DNA of 48,771 bases, the filler included, from Catajapyx aquilonaris (lineage: Eukaryota): the NCBI GenBank assembly GCA_000934665.2. It is 3 parts of 3 records of this genome, joined end to end, with 100 filler letters (N's around TTAATTAATTAA, not from the genome) between each part and the next. Parts side by side here need not be neighbours in the genome. Positions count along the whole stretch, not along the records: positions 1 to 16,175 come from JYFJ02007266.1; positions 16,276 to 32,454 come from JYFJ02007267.1; 1 more part is not named here. One strand, written 5' to 3'. How positions within the stretch are numbered: the stretch's first letter is position 1; each line of letters starts with the position of its first letter. Under the pieces are notes generated by a model. The model saw only the letters and a list, made by a program, of their open reading frames with translations, was not told the DNA's origin and did no database searches. Below are positions 13,140 to 25,311 of the stretch, piece by piece. The translations under genes and the position numbers were made by a program.

Positions 13140-13822
13140 CAGGGTGGTTGTAAAGTAACTGCCTATTGGAAATGTGTAATAAAATTGTCAAATATTGTTC
13201 GATTTTCATGAAACAAGTTTTATTCTGTACCTTACAATGGGAGAATTTAAACTCCCGCCAGTATGCAACTCCACGGCCCCAGGTGGCGGCAGCAGTCCCG
13301 ATACCAGTAAAAATGGCGCAGCTGGCGTCCCGTTTTGAAGTCGGGGGTCGGTGGTTGAAGTGCAGAGATGGTGGCGATACATACACGGACCTCGTGCCAC
13401 AGTTCATCCGAGGACCATAAAGAACTGCCATTCGAAGCTGATATGGGCGAACCATCGCGGTGCCACGTTTTCCTCTGTCATCGATGTCGACGGACGACCA
13501 CTCCTATGGCTGTCCATCACGGATCCCGTGCTCATCAGCTTCGAATGGTCCTCGGGTGAACTGTGGCACGAGGTCCGTGTATGTATCGCCACCATCTCTG
13601 CACTTTAACCACCGACCCCGACTTCAAAACGGGACGCCAGCTGCGCCATTTTTACTGGTATCGGGACTGCTGCTGCCACCTGGGGCCGTGGAGTTGCATA
13701 CTGGTGGGAGTTTAAATTCTCCCATTGTAAGGTACAGAATAAAACTTGTTTCATGAAAATCGAGCAATATTTGACAATTTTATTACACATTTCCAATAGG
13801 CAGTTACTTCACAACCACCCTG
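13140..13822. mobile_element. Palindromic non-autonomous Tc1/mariner derivative (MITE), TA TSD
   Basis: TA|cagggtggttgtaaagtaactgcc ... ggcagttacttcacaaccaccctg|TA. Near-identical inverted arms of ~280 bp. The minus strand of the centre encodes KLMSTGSVMDSHRSGRPSTSMTEENV. Confidence 0.93.
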
Positions 13823-13902
13823 TATTTAAACCCCCGATCTGTTATTCTCGGGACCAGACCCGTGCCGTATTTACCTTTTTTGAGCGTTGGAAGGGGTACA
13901 GG

Positions 13903-15183
13903 GACGGTGTTATGCAACAAGGAACCAACCCTCAAAATAAAAAAAGCCAGTAAATATTTTTTACGGATTGCCAAAGAACCGCATTGAAATCTGCAAAAAA
14001 GATCCAAGCCATATTCTCGATGAGCTGCCGTCTCCCGGCATGCAACTCAACCCACATTTCCATTTCCTGCGATCCTGAGCAGCAACAAGGAACCAACCCT
14101 CAAACCAAGACGGCAGGGTCCGTGCGCAAGCTGGAACGTGTTTTACCGTGCCGTTCATCATCATTACATGATACTATGGTCAGACTCATGCGGAGGACAA
14201 AACCGCAACATAAAGCTAACCCTACTGATGCAGTCTGTCCTTCAAAGTCATCCGTCATTGCAAAGTATACGGTTCTTAGTATCCGGTCATTCATTCCTTC
14301 CGAATGATTCTGACTTTGGAGATGTGGAATGTGCCTTGAAACACGCTCAACGTGTATACCCTCCAGATGACTACATGGCAATAATGAAGTCAGCAAGGAA
14401 ACACAAAGCGTTCACGGTTGAGAGAATGACCCAGAAGACTTTGTTTCAACAAAACCAATGGAAGCCAAGATTGTGAACAGAAAAGTAAACACAGAAAGCG
14501 AACCTGTCAGCTGGCTCAAGACCAGAGAAGTTAAATTACTTAAGTCAGAGCCATTCAAAGTACTCATGAAGACATCGTTCAACGATGATACCCCATCAGT
14601 TGTAGACATCCAGAAACGTACACGGGGGCAACCATCTGCTACTCGGACATTTGAGGTATCGGAGGAGAACCTATTGTGGCCCAATGGACGACCTCTTTCA
14701 ACTGAAAAGGTGAAGGACCTATACAGTCTATGATGTACTTGATACCACCCGATGCCAAGGAGTACTATCAAGAACTCATTCTGGCTGCTCATGTTGAAGA
14801 TGACATTGACGGGTTTGGACATGTTGACTTCGAATTTGAATAACGTATGACCAAGATCATTAAAAAATAATGTTACACTTTGTTTACTAATATTATTATT
14901 GTATATGATCATATACCTGGTACTTCTTTGCTTATTTCACTATGTGGGACAACGAATATGCAACAAGGAACCAACCCTCATTTTTTACAAATAATTCTGG
15001 TATATAGCATTGTCACATTTTAACTCCAGTAGTTTTAATTTACACTCCTTTTATTTAATAGAATCCAACTTAAATATATTCAAATTACAGATGGCATTAT
15101 TTTTTTTATTTGTGATTATGTTTACACTTCAATTGCTCAGAATGTGTGTGCTGAGGGTTGGTTCCTTGTTGCATAACACCGTC
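13903..15183 (+). mobile_element. Internally deleted Sola1-like element with both TIRs
   Basis: TIR gacggtgttatgcaacaaggaaccaaccctca at both ends. Transposase 3' half ILWSDSCGGQNRN..FLVSGHSFLPNDSDFG..KVKDL. Flanks cagg/cagt form an imperfect 4-bp TSD. Confidence 0.88.
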
Positions 15184-15670
15184 CAGTTGTAGTAGAGAGG
15201 TAGGCCGCTGAAAGTCCCGCTGAAATATCTCTTTGAAAACACGTATGTACACAACCTCTCTTGTAGTTGTCTAGGATGGTAGGAGACATTATGTCTAGTT
15301 CAAGTTCAAATAACAGTCTAGAGTGGGATGCCGCGCTATTCGAAGGGAAACTCACGCTGATAGAAAACAATACTAATACACTGCTTGAGGATAATATTGA
15401 ACTGAATAGTGTGTTAATCAAAATACTAGAAGCAAACACGCAGTTAGCCGCAGCCATGGCGAATAACGGACAGAATGGGAGGGTGGAGAATTCCCCAAAT
15501 GACCGGAATGACGGCGACAACACTCCATCAGACGATGGAAGCCTGCCTTCAGACAGGCCGGCGGTTTATGTTGGCTCTTCAACAGAAACATTAAGTTAAG
15601 CAGTAATAGATTAAGAAGAGTTACGCAACAAGAAATTGCCACAAAACCAGGAGGATCCAGAAAACCAGGC

Positions 15671-15943
15671 ATGAAAGTTGGTGTAGTTGTTGCTGAAAAG
15701 CGATCATTAGTGTCAGTGGGGGACTGGTGCATATTTGGAAACGACAGTGGTGACAATGCATTAGTTGGGATGATTGTGGGCTTTTCATATAGGGAAGGAA
15801 GTCGCCGCCAAAGACAATATACATTCATGGATGCAGAAGTCAATGACCCGAGGGAAATAGGTGCTTTGTGCTCGTGGTTTTCGATTTGCCCAAGTGGCGT
15901 TTTAAGCCTGAAAACATTCAAGTGCAAGGTTTCCATAGTTTGA
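15671..15943 (+). other. Unassigned protein-like fragment, probably TE-derived
   Basis: GDWCIF..LVGMIVGFSY..QRQYT..IGALCSWF has globular-domain composition; family not recognised. Confidence 0.3.
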
Positions 15944-16175
15944 TTCATTACCAATGTACACTCCCTAGGCCACAAGTACGACTACCTGTATCTGGTATGT
16001 CAGAACCTCGGTCAGAACTGTATTGTGAATCTGCGGCAAAGTAGGTGGCCTCTTAATGTGCCATAGTAGTTGTGCCTGGACCGTAGCTGTCTAGTAGAGC
16101 TATTATTATTCAGATACACTTTTAGACTTTCTTTTTACCGTAAAGAAGGCTCTGACTCAATTTGTATGAAAATAA

Positions 16176-16275
16176 NNNNNNNNNNNNNNNNNNNNNNNNN
16201 NNNNNNNNNNNNNNNNNNNTTAATTAATTAANNNNNNNNNNNNNNNNNNNNNNNNNNNNNNNNNNNNNNNNNNNN
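16176..16275. other. Artificial contig linker (N44-TTAATTAATTAA-N44)
   Basis: Exactly 100 nt with a six-frame-stop palindrome; identical to 32455-32554. Confidence 0.97.
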
Positions 16276-16508
16276 AAAATCTTGCTTCCCAACTGGGGCA
16301 CCTGCAGCTAGAATGTTTACGTTATAATACGGCATCGAGCTGGAAGGCTACGAAGCTGCGATAACGGAGTTTCAAGTCCCTTATCCGGGAACATTTATTG
16401 CTGGATAACAACATTCACACCAAGATTCACACTTTATAAAATACGATTTGCTGTGATGCGCTGTGATGTGTTCTCTAAAAAATTATGTACATTGGCTAAC
16501 GACGATCG

Positions 16509-16843
16509 GTGCTTCCACTGTCCATCATCATAATCGGAGTCGGCAGCACGGATTTTACGGCCATGGAAGATAGAGCTGGAGTGCTGGACGTGCCCATTTC
16601 GTACAGGGGAAAGAAAGTGGCCCGAGACATAATTATATACGTAGTTCAGTTCGTGCCCTTCCGAAACTTCGAGCAGAACTATACGAATGTCAAGCGGTCA
16701 GGCGTGGTCTGGCCTAAGAGGTGCTACAGGAGATACCTGACCAGTTCCTCAGCTACATGAAGTCCATGAGCATCAAGCCCAAACCACCTGCATACAAGCC
16801 GGTCGTGCTGCCCCCTGACCCGGAGGTGATCGTGCTCGGGTGA
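16509..16843 (+). pseudogene. Copine (CPNE family) vWA C-terminal pseudogene fragment
   Basis: [19 protein letters not shown]...ARDI[IIYV]VQFVPFR, then a frameshift and [26 protein letters not shown]...*. No introns and no upstream portion. Confidence 0.88.
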
Positions 16844-19800
16844 CCTCTGACCCGGCAGTCAACCTGTACCTACCCTAAATTGGAATGGACCGCACGTGGA
16901 CGCTGATGTGACAGTTTTTGTGGTAATGATGCAAATGACGACAGGACGATTATGTGTGACCAGTAACATATGTCTTGTTCGGTGATGATGAATAAATTCA
17001 AATGTCCATTTTTGTCTGGCAACTTTTTTATTCGGGTCACGCGGTACTCGAACGTGTGTTTCAGGATTTAGCTCACATCCGCGTAGATGGAATTTTAGCG
17101 ATTCACGTCACCTCACCACTGGCATATTGGTTGGCATAGACAACGCATACATAATATTAGATTTATTTAGGTAGAGTTTGAAATATTTCTGCCTCCACTG
17201 GGACAACTTTGCCATTTTTTTCAGCTTATTTTTCTCCCATCGTCATCCCTTTTGAACTGAGGATTTGGATCGGCAAATTTCCTTCTAAGCAAATTGTTTT
17301 AAATTGCGAAGAAACTATGAGGCAACAAATTGGTTCAAGATCGATTTTTATTAGGCTGTATTTGCGTCCTTTGAAAAATGTACTAATCAAATTGGGATGA
17401 AATATTTAGCATCTATCCTTCTTAGAGTATCAAATGTGTCACGATCGAACCCCCAGGTAATCCTTCCTTCAGAAAAAAAAAAGCAAAAACAGTTCCCATC
17501 AGCCTCTGCATGTCACGTGACTCGAGCCTTGCTTGGGCTTATCTTCCTGCTGAAGGCATAAAAATGGGCTGGTCAGCGTGACTTCTCTTTATTCGCCAGA
17601 TTATTGTCGGAGTGATCGGACGAACCAGCAGCAGAGATGCTTTCTGCCCATCAAGTCAGTGGTGAGTGTGTATAATTATGCAGTGTGTATCACGATGTCA
17701 ATCATTTTCATCTACTTTTTCCTCCCTATACAGAGTGCCATCCTAAAGGAGACTTATCATCTGCCTGCCCGCCCCATCGGACCCCCATTTGATGTCAACC
17801 ACCGCTGGAGTGTAAGGTAGTGGGAGACTATATAGCAGAGAAAGGCCCCACTCGGACCCAATGGTCCAACACAAGACACTTCAGGTTCCCACACTCTCGT
17901 CCTGTGAGAGGTTTGGTAATATGGCATCGGTGGGTTGGACCGATGCTCCAAACGTGTCTCTTGTAGGACTTGTTGTGTCAATATTAACTACACACATTTT
18001 CTGGTTATCGTACACCAATCGGCCAAATATTGCGGACAATTATTGGTTGATAGGTTATGAACAATTGTCCGTGCTGGCATGCAGTGGCATGTTTGGCTGA
18101 GTGTGTACGAGATAGGGATGTAGGGAGGAAGTGGATTGCGTGGAGGTCGTCTGGCTGCCGTCATTTTTGGATGGGTTTATTGTTCAGACAAGGCAGGTCA
18201 AATCAGGTCAAGGTCAATCAGACGGCGGCTGAAGAGGCGACTGCGGAAGCGCAGCACTTCCCCCTGGAAAGGACTTGAAGTCAAAGGGTCGGAGGAGCTG
18301 TTTTGGTCTCCTCTGATCAGATCAGAGGCCTTTCCAGGGTGAGATGTTATGAGTGGAGCCTTTCTAATAAATTCAGGGGGGAGGGACGCGTGATTTGAGC
18401 AGTCTGGCCATTGTTGGGAATGGCATTTGTCATCAAATGCCGAAAGTAATGTCATGTAAGGCCGACTAGGGGTGGGGGGTTGGATGGGTGGGGGGTCCAT
18501 TTGTTTAAAAACGCATTTTTCTAATTTGGTTCCTGTCTTTCCAGTATACTGGTTGTCCCAAGCGATGCCTGACGTCCCCATTGTTGCAAATCCAGTACGA
18601 GGAGACCCTTGTGAGATTGCTAGTAACTGTCGGCCAGCCTAATTGGAAATGGGATTCACGGCCTGCGTGTCCGTGAATTCTATTGCAATTATTATTGAAC
18701 GGCCCTAAGGGGCTTTTTTTCACATTGCGGTTGCAGTTATGGTTGAACGAGACGAATATTCGCGTACGTGTTAGGTTAGGCGTTAGGTCATATTCGCCTC
18801 GATTAGCCAAACTGCAACACGGAAATGTGACAAAAAAAAAAACCCTGTAACAATAGTTGCAGAAATTTATTTTGACTTACGGCATTTGAAAATGTGCTAA
18901 TATGGCTAGTTGAATTTTTCAGGTGAAGCTGGTCATACTACAGCTGGACGTATCGTACGTAACGTATCCTTTTATTTGGAACTCATTTTGCCGACTTGTG
19001 TATAATTTCTTTTTTTTTCAGGATCTCTTCAGTGCAGAAATTCCGGATATGAGAGCTAAAAAATGTGCCGGACTTGACTATATGGAGTCCATAAAACTGA
19101 CCTCCAACAGGACAATCCTCTCGGCAAGATACTATAGTATGGTAAGTGATAATCTCGTGTATGATTATTTCTATACTAATGTCTATTCACTTTCAGAAAC
19201 TGCAATAAATGATGGATTCATCTGTATAATGAGGTCGGTGGAGCTGCACAGTTGTGCAGCTCCATATCCCGTTTGATCGTATCGGGCAACAATTCTCAAA
19301 AATGCAGCACGTGGGCACAAAGCAGTGAGCGTGGCTTCATAAGAGGTAAATGGTAATTAACTAATTTATTTATGCATGGTCACTCATATACTCCTTTGCA
19401 TTTTCAGATGGTGGTTCTCCAGTAGTGACTACTATAGACCTACTACGACGCCGCCATTTCCACCATACGTTGGATATGTATACCAGAATAATAATTCTGC
19501 AGTGCGTGTTAAATATACGTAGACAACTTGCTTCTGTGGAGGGAAGGGTTGGGGCATTTAACAAAATGTTTCTGATTGGAAGGAAGGAAGAGGAAGTTGA
19601 GCGCTCGACTTTCACTACCTTTCTGCTTATCAGTCACATTTTCTGTTTATTGTAATTGGGAATTGCTCATGTAAAGGCACTTGCAGCACCTGTGTTAACT
19701 GTCAATAAATTGACTTGAAAAGATGCAATTTTAATCGAAATCAGCGGCATTGCTCGTCAGTCCTGTGGTGTAAAAAAAGTGCAATAAATACGAATCTTGG

Positions 19801-20659
19801 CATATCTGTTTCTACAATGAAATCCTCTCCTTCATATGTGGCATGTTGTGTTAAAGGCCGGATTTACCATGGTTGGTGCACTTGTTCTTCCAGGACCCTA
19901 GGCCGAAGGGGCCCCCCAATCACAACTACATTTTTTTTTTTAAACAATTGTTTTTTCTCCTGTCAGCTGCTTTGAGCCGAATATGTACTGGTACCTGTCT
20001 AGCGGACATTGGCCCACTTAAGAAAACAATTTCTTGCGTCATAATGAAAGATTTTTGAAACTAACCCAATGAAGGCCTACTTTGGTTATTTTAAAGAACT
20101 TGTACATACACGACTAGAAGGAAATTCCCCGGGCCCTTCGTTCGGCACTTCGGCTTCGATAAGAGACGCGAGGCGCACCCTAGATCATCTGTGGGATTTC
20201 CCCTACTAATTACTGCCAGGTCCTGCACTGCCAAATGTCAATTATTTTGAAATTTTTAGTTCTACCGTACTGATGAGTATTCACTTAATTTTTTGCTACG
20301 AATCCGAATTCAGCCATGCCTGATGTGTGCATTTTATAAGCGAAACTTCGACAATTTCATATCCAAACGGAAAAAAATATGTCCTGCCTGTAGATAGGCC
20401 CATGACCCTGTCTGCACATGTTTTCACTTTTAAGAAATGACCTGCTTGAAAGGACCCCCCCGTCGATCGTAGGAAATGGTTAGGCTATCATATGGGATCA
20501 ATTTACATGCCCACTCTACTGGGAACCGACGGAAAATATCAGCCGCATTTTTTCTCTCATTCTTCCCATATTTTGGTTCTACACTGGGGCCTCTCAGAGA
20601 TCTTGGTGCAGATAGCAAGGCAGATAGTCGCTGGTTTTCCAAGTGATCAAGTTGCTTCT

Positions 20660-21075
20660 GTCGTGTGTGTCGAAACGGCCTGCCACGTGTTTTGTAACAT
20701 TTCCAAAGTGATTTGTGCGAACGCTGCAGAAATTTTCACCTTCAGGTCATCCAGGCTTTGAGGTCGTTATCCGTAGACGATATTCTTCACAAACCCCACA
20801 CGATCCGAGGAGTTTGCAGGCCAAGGAATAGGGCCAACACGGCCACACCGATAATATTGCCATTGAAAGTGTTATTGAACTTCCAGTGACCACTGACCGT
20901 GTTGTTCGAAAATGCAATTGTTGTCCAGTTATGGTACCAAGATGATCTTAGCATGTCAAAGTATGGTCCTGCTCGTATGGTGTCCTCAGAGAAGAAAAAA
21001 GGTCCGTACAGCTGGTTATGCAACATCCATCCTCTTTGGTCACGATGCATGGCCAATGCAGGTGCACTGACACTA
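20660..21075 (-). mobile_element. Degenerate Tc1/mariner (rosa-like) transposase remnant
   Basis: Minus strand: LYGPFFFSEDTI..YFDML and FVKNIVYG*RPQSLDDLKVKISAAFAQITLEMLQNTW. Confidence 0.75.
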
Positions 21076-21407
21076 GAGTACAGCAGTGAATGAATCTCCC
21101 ATCTTACCGCGCCAAACTGGCAGAATTTCAACTTGGTAGGGCTTAATTTAAAATAGGCCTATCATAATTATGATACATATTTTAAAATATCCCTACCCAA
21201 ACGGATCACCCTTACATTGAAACTGGAAAATTGTTTGTTAAAAAAAAACAACAACAGGCAAACAAGAAGTTGGGACTGTACTTTAAAACATTATTTTGAC
21301 AAGAAAATCGATTGTCAATAATTATATCAGGGTTTTTGTGTGCAGTATTTTATACTTTATTTACCAACACATGCAGAGATGACATATAGAGTAATACAGT
21401 ATATTCG

Positions 21408-21741
21408 GGGGAGGCGAAGTGGCGCTGCGGTAACGTATGCGCCCGCGGATGTTAAGGTCCCGGGTTCGATCCCAACCCGGGGTTCCCCCCTCCCCTTCAT
21501 CTCGCGCAGAGTAAAACCGTCTCTGGCTTCGTTTCGGGTGGCGATCCTTCCACATATGCCACCCGGGGGAGTTCACAAAACGGCACATCAACGTTTGTGC
21601 ACACGCACTTTGCACATCCCCTCCTACCTACCCTTGGAACACACTAAATACTATCTTAGTATACCAGGTCCACCCAGATGGTGGTAATTCCACCCCCCTA
21701 AAGGAAATGTAACTCCCAATGGGGTAATGCAAAAAACAACA
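21408..21741 (+). mobile_element. tRNA-derived SINE (family 1a)
   Basis: A-box-like gtggcgctgcggt, B-box ggttcgatccc, A-rich tail. 12-bp TSD acagtatattcg (21396-21407 / 21742-21753). Confidence 0.9.
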
Positions 21742-22825
21742 ACAGTATATTCGACATAAGACATACCCCTCGGCCCTCACCTGCATCTGCCCAGTCCGTA
21801 TGAAGCGTGGTATAACGTTAAGAAGTGACAAAAGATCCCGGAGCTCAAAACTACCAGGCTCACAGTCATATCCACGGACATATCGGTAGATATGCCCCAT
21901 ATATGGGTCCCCAAGAGCTAATGGGGTCCCTAATTGCTGGTAGATTTTTGATGCACCTGTACTGTTACTTAGCAGACCGGTATCAGATTATTTTGTCGCG
22001 CCTGTGCCATGATCACGGACAGGCATGACTGTTACTCCTCGCCTCATTATAAGTAAAACGTGCTCATTGTCGCATGATCTTGATCGATCTTGATCCATCG
22101 CCCGGCCGGGTGGATCACTCCTGATCACTGCACTTTTGCTACTAAACGGGTCACTTATTGTTGCAGCCCTGCTGACGTCAACAATGCCCGGAAAGTCACC
22201 TCGAGGCAAGAATTCAGTCAGTTGGTTGCCTTGCGTTGAGTGCGAATGCCATTTCTGTCACACCCATCTGCCTCTGCATCAAGAGGAAGGTTGCACAGCC
22301 TGCGAACGGAAACCAAGAGGGAGTAGAGGAATGGCCGCATGTGCAAGACGGGACATGATCATGAGACTGTTGAGAATGTTGAAAAGCAAGGTACATGATG
22401 AATGTTGAAAACTATATGTGGAAAATAGTTGTTGAGTAATAAATTTTCTTCGGTCTTGTTGCAGGATGATACGACCAGCTGTTAATATCACATTCTGGAG
22501 TTATGGTGTATGTGCCGCAACATCTCACAACCATGTGTAACCTTCACTCGCCTCCAGGGGAAGATTCAGATATCACTTGACAAAAATTTCACGCAAGTTT
22601 TCAATGTGTGGATATAATTGCTGATAGCAGTCCACATGTATTGATGGCCCCTATGAAGTGGGGGGNGGGGGGGGGGGGGGACGTGGGTAAGCACATCCAA
22701 ATGAAAGCTTTTGATAATGCTATTCCTGTAGCCGCCGTGTTGTTCTTGGCACTGAGGTAGAAGTGTCAACGTAATGCACCGATGCTCGTCAAGCGCATGA
22801 GAAGAGAATACATGGACACATATAC

Positions 22826-24105
22826 TTGCGTATAGGTATTCATCTGAACTGCTATGGTGATGAGATGCAACTGGAAGTTGTGCCCGTAGAGCTGCGTAGT
22901 ACTTCTGTCAAGGAACAGTTATCGAGGATGACATTAGACACTTTCTACCAACTAGTGCTGGACACAGTGCTTGAGATGTCGGCTAAATCTACGGATACTG
23001 CTGAACCTCACTTGTCTTTCACACTGGATAATATCCCAGGCATGAAGTCGCAGGTGGAAGTGTTGCGAGATGTAATTTTCACGATGTTCGCAGACACTGG
23101 ACAACCAACTAGTTCTAATAATAATTGGTCACTACCGGCTGGATTACTAATCTTCGGTCGTCCTGGAGTGCATGGGAAAGACTTCCCTGATGCATGCTTC
23201 TGCATATCACCTGGCATCTCATGGTGTGAAACAGTTCAGACTGAAGGCCTCTGAACTGCTCAGTAAATATGTGGGGAAAACTGAATCCCCATTAACATTA
23301 ACACGGCACTTTGATGTGGCGATTAAGGACAGCCCAAGTGTTATGCTGATCGAAGGTGTTCAGGATCTCGCACCACCAGATCAGACTGGACAAGCCATCA
23401 CCAGTTGCGCATCACTTCAGCTTTGCTTGGTCAGAATCTCCTGCTGTGGTCGCCCGGTGCTGATCATGTCAACAGCGGCTTTTCCTGATTCCGTGGACCT
23501 TGATGTGCTCAGAGCCGGCCAGCTGGAAAGGCAGACTGGGCTGTGTCCACACAGGCGTGAGGAGCAGGCAGAGATTCTAACAGCCATTCTGGGTGATGAC
23601 AGCTTGAAAGCAGGAGCCATTGCTGTTGAAGAGGTGGCATGCAGGCTCGTGGGTTTGTGGCGGCTGACTTTCTGGCATTTGTGGAGCGTGCAACAGTAGA
23701 GACCATGGCCAGGAGATGAGCAGCCATGACCTGTGATGGGCTCTGAGCGTCGTGCAGCCATTGGCCATGAAACACATTTCACTCCATGGCCCCGATGTAA
23801 GTTGCGCACGAATGTCAGAGGTTTGCATTACAATGTTTCTGTACAGGTTAGGTGGGAAGATATCAGCTGGCAAGAACACATCAAGATGCGACTGAACCAG
23901 TGCATTGTCTTGCCGTTGCTCAACCACCAGTCCTTCACCTGCCTTGGTCTCCTAATGTACAGGCCTCCAGGCTGCTCGAAGACACTGGCCACCAAAGCGG
24001 TGGCCACACAATCAGGCCTCAACGTCATATGTGTGAAGGCATCCGACCTCCTGGGTAAATGTCGGGGAGAGTGAGCAGGTGGTGAGAAGTGTTTGCAGGA
24101 GGCTC
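22826..24105 (+). pseudogene. AFG2/SPATA5-family (CDC48-like) double AAA+ ATPase pseudogene, intronless
   Basis: D1: GLLIFGRPGV/GKT (frameshift inside Walker A), ELLSKYVGKTES, PSVMLIE, LRAGQLER. D2: VRWEDI..IKMRL..LLMYRPPGCSKTL..AVATQSGLNVICVKASDLLGK..GE*. GCSKT is typical of the AFG2/SPATA5 D2 domain. Confidence 0.82.
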
Positions 24106-25311
24106 TGAAAACTGTCCTTGACCTGATTCTGTGAAGTTTTGCATAGTCCAGCAGGGTGGTTCCATTTCAGATCAGCCAGTGGGTGAAAAAAGGTGTCAGG
24201 TCATAGTCATAGATTTTTTTGAAAAAAATATATGTGAAACCCACATCCAATTTAACTCTTATGGAGCAATCAGTTTTACGAGATTAAATTTAGTTATCGA
24301 GATATTAATATTTCTTTGAAGGGTTACCAAAATCACAATCACGCGAAGACGCACTTTTTCCCGCTTTTTCCATTGCTTTCAATGAATATATTTCGGAACT
24401 GTTCTGAGAACCAACATGAAATTTTAAACTCATGCTTTTGGAATAACACACTGTCATTTAATGCATAAATTTACCTCATTTAATGGTACAGTGACCTGCA
24501 AAAAAATCACCAATCTTGCATATTTTGGTCAAAATTCGCATATTTCGCAATTTATTACGCCGTTATGGTAAATGTGACGGTTGTGCTGATTATATTTTGT
24601 GATATACTCGGTGACCCTCTCCAGGTTATAAAATAAAACCTTCGTTAGCTCCGCGTGTAGTTGAGATATGCGAGGTGAAAATATGGCAACAAGCGAAAAC
24701 ATGCATATTTCAAAAATTATTTTCTCAAAAAAGCCATTTTTAATATTTTATTTTATTTTTTTATTTTACAAGGACGGACATGTTATAAAATTAACTGGTG
24801 TCAAAACCCGGTATATATTTTTTATACGCGAGATACAAATTTTTGTAAAGTCACAACTTTCGAAATTGTGCTACAATATGCACACTTAAAATAAATATTT
24901 TCTCGAAGAAGCAATTTTGAAAATATAATCGTTATTTTTTGTATAACAAAGTAGCATGAGTTCGATTATGAAATTATATCAAAATTTGGTATATATTATG
25001 TATTCAGTGAGATACGATTTTTTTTTCACAGGGGTGATTTTTGTTTCTATGCAACAACATGCACATTTCAAAAATTAATATATGGAAAACGCCATTTTAA
25101 TATGCAACATTCTTTTATATTTCATAAAGGAAAGACCAGTTCTGTCATAAAATAATATAAAAACCTGGTATAGATTCTTGATGGTACAAATTTATGAAAA
25201 GTGGTATTTTTGCTTTCGTTTAGTGTCTTTCAACACCCTTGCAGTTACTTCTAAAGTTATAAACTCATAATGAATTATAACAATAGTGAAATTTATTTAT
25301 ATTTCGTCTGT

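Noticed and set aside
13166..13796. Mirrored ORF pairs (MEMCNKIVK..., MVAIHTRTS...)
   Set aside because: They follow from the palindromic MITE and are not separate genes.
16220..16231. TTAATTAATTAA palindrome as a biological site
   Set aside because: It is a synthetic six-frame-stop spacer inside the N linker.
21408..21480. tRNA-like A/B boxes
   Set aside because: This is the head of a multicopy SINE with a TSD, not a tRNA gene.
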